From positions 1 through 40,707 of the forward strand of contig NW_021836817.1 of NCBI RefSeq assembly GCF_006345805.1: a DNA stretch of 40,707 bases, in the 5' to 3' direction. This DNA is from Octopus sinensis. Lineage: Eukaryota. Of this stretch, positions 34,994-40,707 are shown piece after piece. Within the stretch, counting starts at the first letter, position 1, and every line of letters starts with the position of its first letter. The position numbers and the translations under genes are program-made. The notes beneath the pieces were generated by a model. That model saw only the letters and a list, made by a program, of their open reading frames with translations. It was not told where the DNA came from and did not search any database.

Positions 34994-36099
34994 TTAAAGT
35001 AACATTTTTTAGTATTAGAATGTTGAAGCCATTCTAAGATTCTAAGATTCATGGCCATTGTCTGAAAACCAGTACACATGGACTCCATTTGGTCTGTTTT
35101 TGATCACAAGGTCCATATGAGTTAATCCTGGGTCAAACAACAACAACAATAATAACTGTCTTGCCAGGAATCAATGAGGTAATATCTATGTGCTTGCTTG
35201 ATCTGCTAGATATAGCAGTCAGATTTCACTTTAATTTATATATTGCAGTCTTAAAATTTGAACGACGTCTTAACTAATATAGTCCTTGGTGATGTTCCTA
35301 ACAGCTTTTAAAAATAAGAGGCTGGCCTGTTCAATGGAAAGGCTTTGATTACAATAGTTCAGCTCAATCAGGGCTGCTTTAGCAATAAAAAACAACAACA
35401 ATCATCTGACCAGCAGCTAAAAATGCATCCACTGCCCAAACAGACAACTAGCTGTCCATCCAACCATTCTATGACCCAATCGGACAGACACACAGACAGA
35501 CAGACAGACGGATCCCTCGCTAAACTAACACAGTCATAATCCACACAGCAACCAGCAGTAGCAGCAGCAGCCGTAATGGCTGCAGTTTGACCAGTTGTCC
35601 AGCCAACTCCAGGGACATGTTTGTTATCCAGACTCCCTACCACGCCCCCATCTTCTCTTCTCACTGCTTTCCATTCTGTCTGTATGTCCATTTTTTTGCA
35701 ACCAGTCATCCAGCCCAGTGGTAGCCAGCTAGCTAGATAGCCAGATAGTCAGCTAGTAAACTATTTTATCTGTCCATTCAATGAATTTTTCTATCTATTT
35801 ATCAGTGTAAATGTCTCCCTGGCTCATTGTCCATCACCCCATCAGGCCGATTGTCTGTTTGCCTGCTCTCTCACTCACAGCCTTTATCTTTGGCTCTCTT
35901 TATCTATTTCTGTCTGTCTAACTATCCCTCTCTCTCTGTTTCTCACTCTCTCTCTCTCTTTCTCTTTCTCTCTCATGCTCTTCATAGCTTTTAGTCTATC
36001 TATTTCTCAACCAGTCACTCTCCCAGTTTTACACTCTGTCTGCCGCTGTGCCTCATTCAATGTTGTTTTCTGCACCTCTTGCACTTTATATATCATGCC

Positions 36100-37013
36100 A
36101 CCGCCACAACCAAAGCCACCACCACCACCACCACTACCATCATCATCATCATCAACAACCCAGCATCTACAAGCATAAACTACACCACCACCATCACCAT
36201 CATCATAATCATAATCATCATCATTAACATCCCGACATCTACCAGCATAACCTACACCAAAGCTAACACCAACATCACCACCACCACCACAACCACCACA
36301 AACACCACCACCACCACTACAAGCAGCAACACCAACGACAATGCCATCACCACCACAAGCACCACTACCACTCTATGCACTGCAATCATCCCCAGCTACC
36401 CAACCCCATTATCAAACGCCACAACCACCATAACAACTACTGCCGACACCACCACCACCACCACCACCACCACCACCACCACCACCACCACAACCACAAC
36501 CACCACCACCACCATATACTCATTACATGTCCACTTTTTCTTCTCTATAATTCCTTTTTCTCTTATTTTGATTTTCATTTCCTATCTCTCATTCTCTGAT
36601 GCTCTCCCTCGTTCGCTCTCACTTATTGTTTCACGCCCACCCACCCACCCACCCATTCACTCCCCCCTCCCTACTCACTGTCTACCTCTTTCACTCTTCC
36701 TCTCCCTCCCAGTGCCCTCTTTCTTTCTCTTTCCTTCTCCCCCACATCCCTATGCCCTTCTCCCTCACATTACCTCTTTTGCCTAAGTATTTATCTTTGA
36801 TCATTCTGGTGAGGGTATATGCACTGTGTATGCATGTGTGGGAGAGTGTGTGTGTGTGTTTATATAAATACATACATCTATATATATTATACAATCACAT
36901 ATATATATATAGATTTAATATAACATTCACTCTCCTGTATATAAATATATATCAATATTACATACCTATACGGAAATATATATGCACACACACATATATA
37001 TATCTTCAATATG

Positions 37014-37051
<38 letters not shown>

Positions 37052-37349
37052 TTTTTTCATACATACATACATATATATATATATATTATTAATACATATA
37101 TATATATATATATATGTGAATGCATTTATATATGGATACATATATATGAATATATGTATACTTGTACATATATGTGTATATAAATATATATCAATATATA
37201 TGTGCTTGTGTGTGTGTATATGTATAAACTTATAAAGGCATACACATATATGTATGTATATACGCATACATATATGTGTATGCTCTTATATATGTATATG
37301 CATATACAAATACTCATATATATGCATATATACTTGTATACAATTATAT

Positions 37350-37385
<36 letters not shown>

Positions 37386-37415
37386 TATATATTGATATGT
37401 CTACATAGATATGTA

Positions 37416-37446
<31 letters not shown>

Positions 37447-37613
37447 TGTATGTAGAAATATATATATATACATATTCATTCATAGAGATCTATATATTTT
37501 GTATAGTTATAAATATGTATACCATAATAAATTGTGATTGTATATAATATATTTTTTTATAATAATATAATAATAATAATAATATAATAATAATAATATA
37601 ATAATAATGAATG

Positions 37614-37644
<31 letters not shown>

Positions 37645-37671
37645 TAATAATAATAATAATAATAATAATAG

Positions 37672-37716
<45 letters not shown>

Positions 37717-38481
37717 GTAATAGTAATATATATTGTGCATACGTGTATACATATATATATTGTGTTTAGATATATATATATATGTACACACACAGACATA
37801 TGTATGTATATGCATGTACATACACACCCTGATACACACAGACATGTGTGTGTGTATATATATATATTATGAATTTAAGCATGTATATATGTGTATATCA
37901 TATCTGTATGTTTGCATGTATATATATATACATACATACAAACATACAGATACAATATACACATATTACCTGAACGTCTGTTTGTTTCTTACCATTTCTT
38001 CCTATATTCCACACACTATATTTGATTGTTTTGCTAAATATATATCTCTATCTCTCTTTTACTCTCTAACTAGATCTTCATACCCTCTCTCTTTCTCTGC
38101 CTCACTCTCTTGACCAGTGTGTCTTCTAAGTCCAGTGTTGTCCTTTACAGTGAATCTCAGGCCATCGTCCATTCTGTCTGCTTCTGTACCTCTGTTTCTA
38201 AACACTGCAAACTGACCGGTTAGTGACCGATTTAACACACTTTATTTACCTATCAACCATCTTTCAATCAATCAAATTTTCACTCTTTTTATTTAAATAT
38301 CTATCAGTCTGTGTACCTCTCTCAATATGAATGTATGTATGTATGTATGTATGTATGTATGTATGTATGTATGTATGTGTGTGTGTATGTATGTATGTAT
38401 GTATGTATGTATGCATGGGTGTATGTATGTAAGTGTATATATATACATATTTAAATATATATATGCATGTATATATGTATA

Positions 38482-38521
<40 letters not shown>

Positions 38522-38734
38522 CACAATGTATATACACACACATACATATATTTATATATATCTGCATCTACCTACCTATCTGCCTATCTATCTATCTATC
38601 TATCTATCAATCTATCTATTCATCTATCTATCCATTTATCTATATATATATGTGTGTGTATGTAGCATCACATATTCTCACATATGTACATACACACACA
38701 TCCACATACACAAATGTAAATGTATATGCATATA

Positions 38735-38775
<41 letters not shown>

Positions 38776-38811
38776 TAAAAACGTATAAATTTATAGATAC
38801 ATGCACCTATG

Positions 38812-38860
<49 letters not shown>

Positions 38861-39111
38861 ATATATAAGGGTATATATACATACATACTTTCACCATTAT
38901 ACCCACTAACCTATCTTTAGTTACATTTATAATATTTATAACTATTCTTTTATTATTTTTACTATTTTTACCATTATTATTATTATTATTATAATTATTA
39001 TTATTATTATTATGTTCCTTTTTGATGAATTTTTGAATGCATTTATGTATGTGTTTTTGTGTATACATCTTTACATGCACATGGAGACATATGCTCACAC
39101 ACACTCCCAGG

Positions 39112-39151
<40 letters not shown>

Positions 39152-39610
39152 CATGTAGCACAAGTTATCAAACTGATTACATTCCCTCTTTTGTCATTTT
39201 GTCATCACTATTGTCTGTTGTTGTTGTTGTTGTTGTTGCTGGCGATGGTGGTAGTTTTTGTTGCTTTTGGTTTAGTTTTGACGATATTTCTAGCTTTGTG
39301 TATGTGTGTGTGTTTTTGTGTGTGTCTGCATATTTGCATGTGTATGTGTATGTGTGTATGACTGTATGTAAATTTTTTTCATATGCTCACACTATGTATG
39401 CGTATGGATAGTTGTGTTTGTTTGTGTGTATGTGTGTGTGTGCATGTGAGTAGCCGTGTGTTATTCGATGTGTGTGTGTGTGTGCGTGTGTGTGTGTGTG
39501 TGTGTGCATATGTCTACACTGAGTAATTACTACAAATATTATTGGCACCACACAGGCCGATTGGTTGTACGGTCGCAGAAGTTGCAGACAGTGGCAGCAG
39601 AAGCAATTAC

Positions 39611-39642
<32 letters not shown>

Positions 39643-40584
39643 CAGTAGTAGTAATAGTGGTATTAGTAGTAGTAGCAGTAGGTGGTGGTGGTGGTGGTGG
39701 TGGTGGTGGGGAGACACTGCTCACATTGGTGGTGAGATGTTGGTGATATTTATAGTAGTATTAGTAGTAATAGTAATAGTAGTAGTAATAGCTGTTTTTG
39801 TTGTTGTAGCAGCAGTATTAGTAGACGCAATAGTAGCTTTAGTAGCATCTCCTTACTGTTTTCATATTTAACTATTTGTTTAGCTCCATGACTTCATCAG
39901 CATTATCATCTCCGTCTTCGTTGCCACCGACGTCATCCCCACCTCCACGACCACCCCCCACTAACACAACAATTACCACCACCACCACCACCCCACCACC
40001 ACTACCACAGTCATCATCATCATCATCATCATGATACCACCACCACTACAACCACCGCCACTACCCCACCAACAACAACAACAGCATTGCCTCTATCATC
40101 ATCAACATCATCATCATCATCATTGTCACCAACATTATCATTGCCATCCTTGTCGTCATTATCATCATTATCGTTGTCGTCATCTGACTCTTCCTCCTCC
40201 TCCTCCCCATCATCATCATCATCATCATTGTCTTCCTTTTTAAGATTATTAATAATTTATTTCACTCCTTCACTAATCACATGGTAAAACAACAAAACAA
40301 CCACAAACTCTATGAACTCAAGGAAATATGAAGGAGTGTTAATAATTTAGATAAAACTGGATCAGAGTTGAGTCTTCCGACTGACAGATATATATATATG
40401 TATGTATGGTATATATATATATATATATTATATATATATATATAATATATATATATATATACAGATATATATATATACACACATATATATGTATATATAG
40501 ATAGATAGATATATATATATATATTCACACATATATATATGTATATATAGATAGATATAGATAGATAGGTAGATATATATATAT

Positions 40585-40616
<32 letters not shown>

Positions 40617-40707
40617 TATAAATGTATAAATATATATATGTATAAGCGTAACTCTGTATATTTTCTAGTCTGTCTGTCCATCCCCCCCTCTCTCTCTCTT
40701 CTCACAA
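36100..40707. repeat. Mostly compound microsatellites: (ACC)n/(CAT)n, (TA)n/(CA)n, (AAT)n, (TATG)n, (CTAT)n, (TAG)n, (GGT)n
   Basis: Directly visible; only short unique stretches between the tracts. Confidence 0.85.

Noticed and set aside
36079-36786. 235-aa mucin-like Thr-rich ORF
   Set aside because: Built from (ACC)n/(CAT)n and CT-rich tracts; no signal peptide or splice support.
38151-38218. Plus-strand 68-nt exon candidate (CCTTTACAG|T..ACCG|GTTAGT)
   Set aside because: Splice-like sites exist, but the single open frame is unremarkable; too weak without RNA data.

Overview
AT-rich, intron/intergenic-type animal DNA dense in microsatellites and interspersed repeats. The SINE families and repeat landscape look like octopus (coleoid cephalopod) genomic DNA; this is inference, not a database match. 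No complete gene can be supported, and nearly every ORF in the six-frame track is a microsatellite translation or repeat read-through. Recognisable content: a decayed L1/Tx1-type LINE endonuclease region (about 1.1-2.2 kb), an internally deleted DD37D (maT-type) Tc1/mariner element with both TIRs (18662-19485), mariner- and piggyBac-type MITEs, many copies of three tRNA-derived SINE families, two near-identical tandem duplications (381 bp and about 1.17 kb; possibly assembly artefacts) and a few low-confidence candidate exons. The most notable signal is a set of fold-back elements sitting in (TA)n tracts. One (15444-15679) carries two back-to-back type I hammerhead ribozyme motifs, one nearly canonical. 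A second element (12575-12930) joins a tRNA-derived Pol III head to a decayed hammerhead-containing tail. These resemble Penelope-like/retrozyme-type non-autonomous retroelements.
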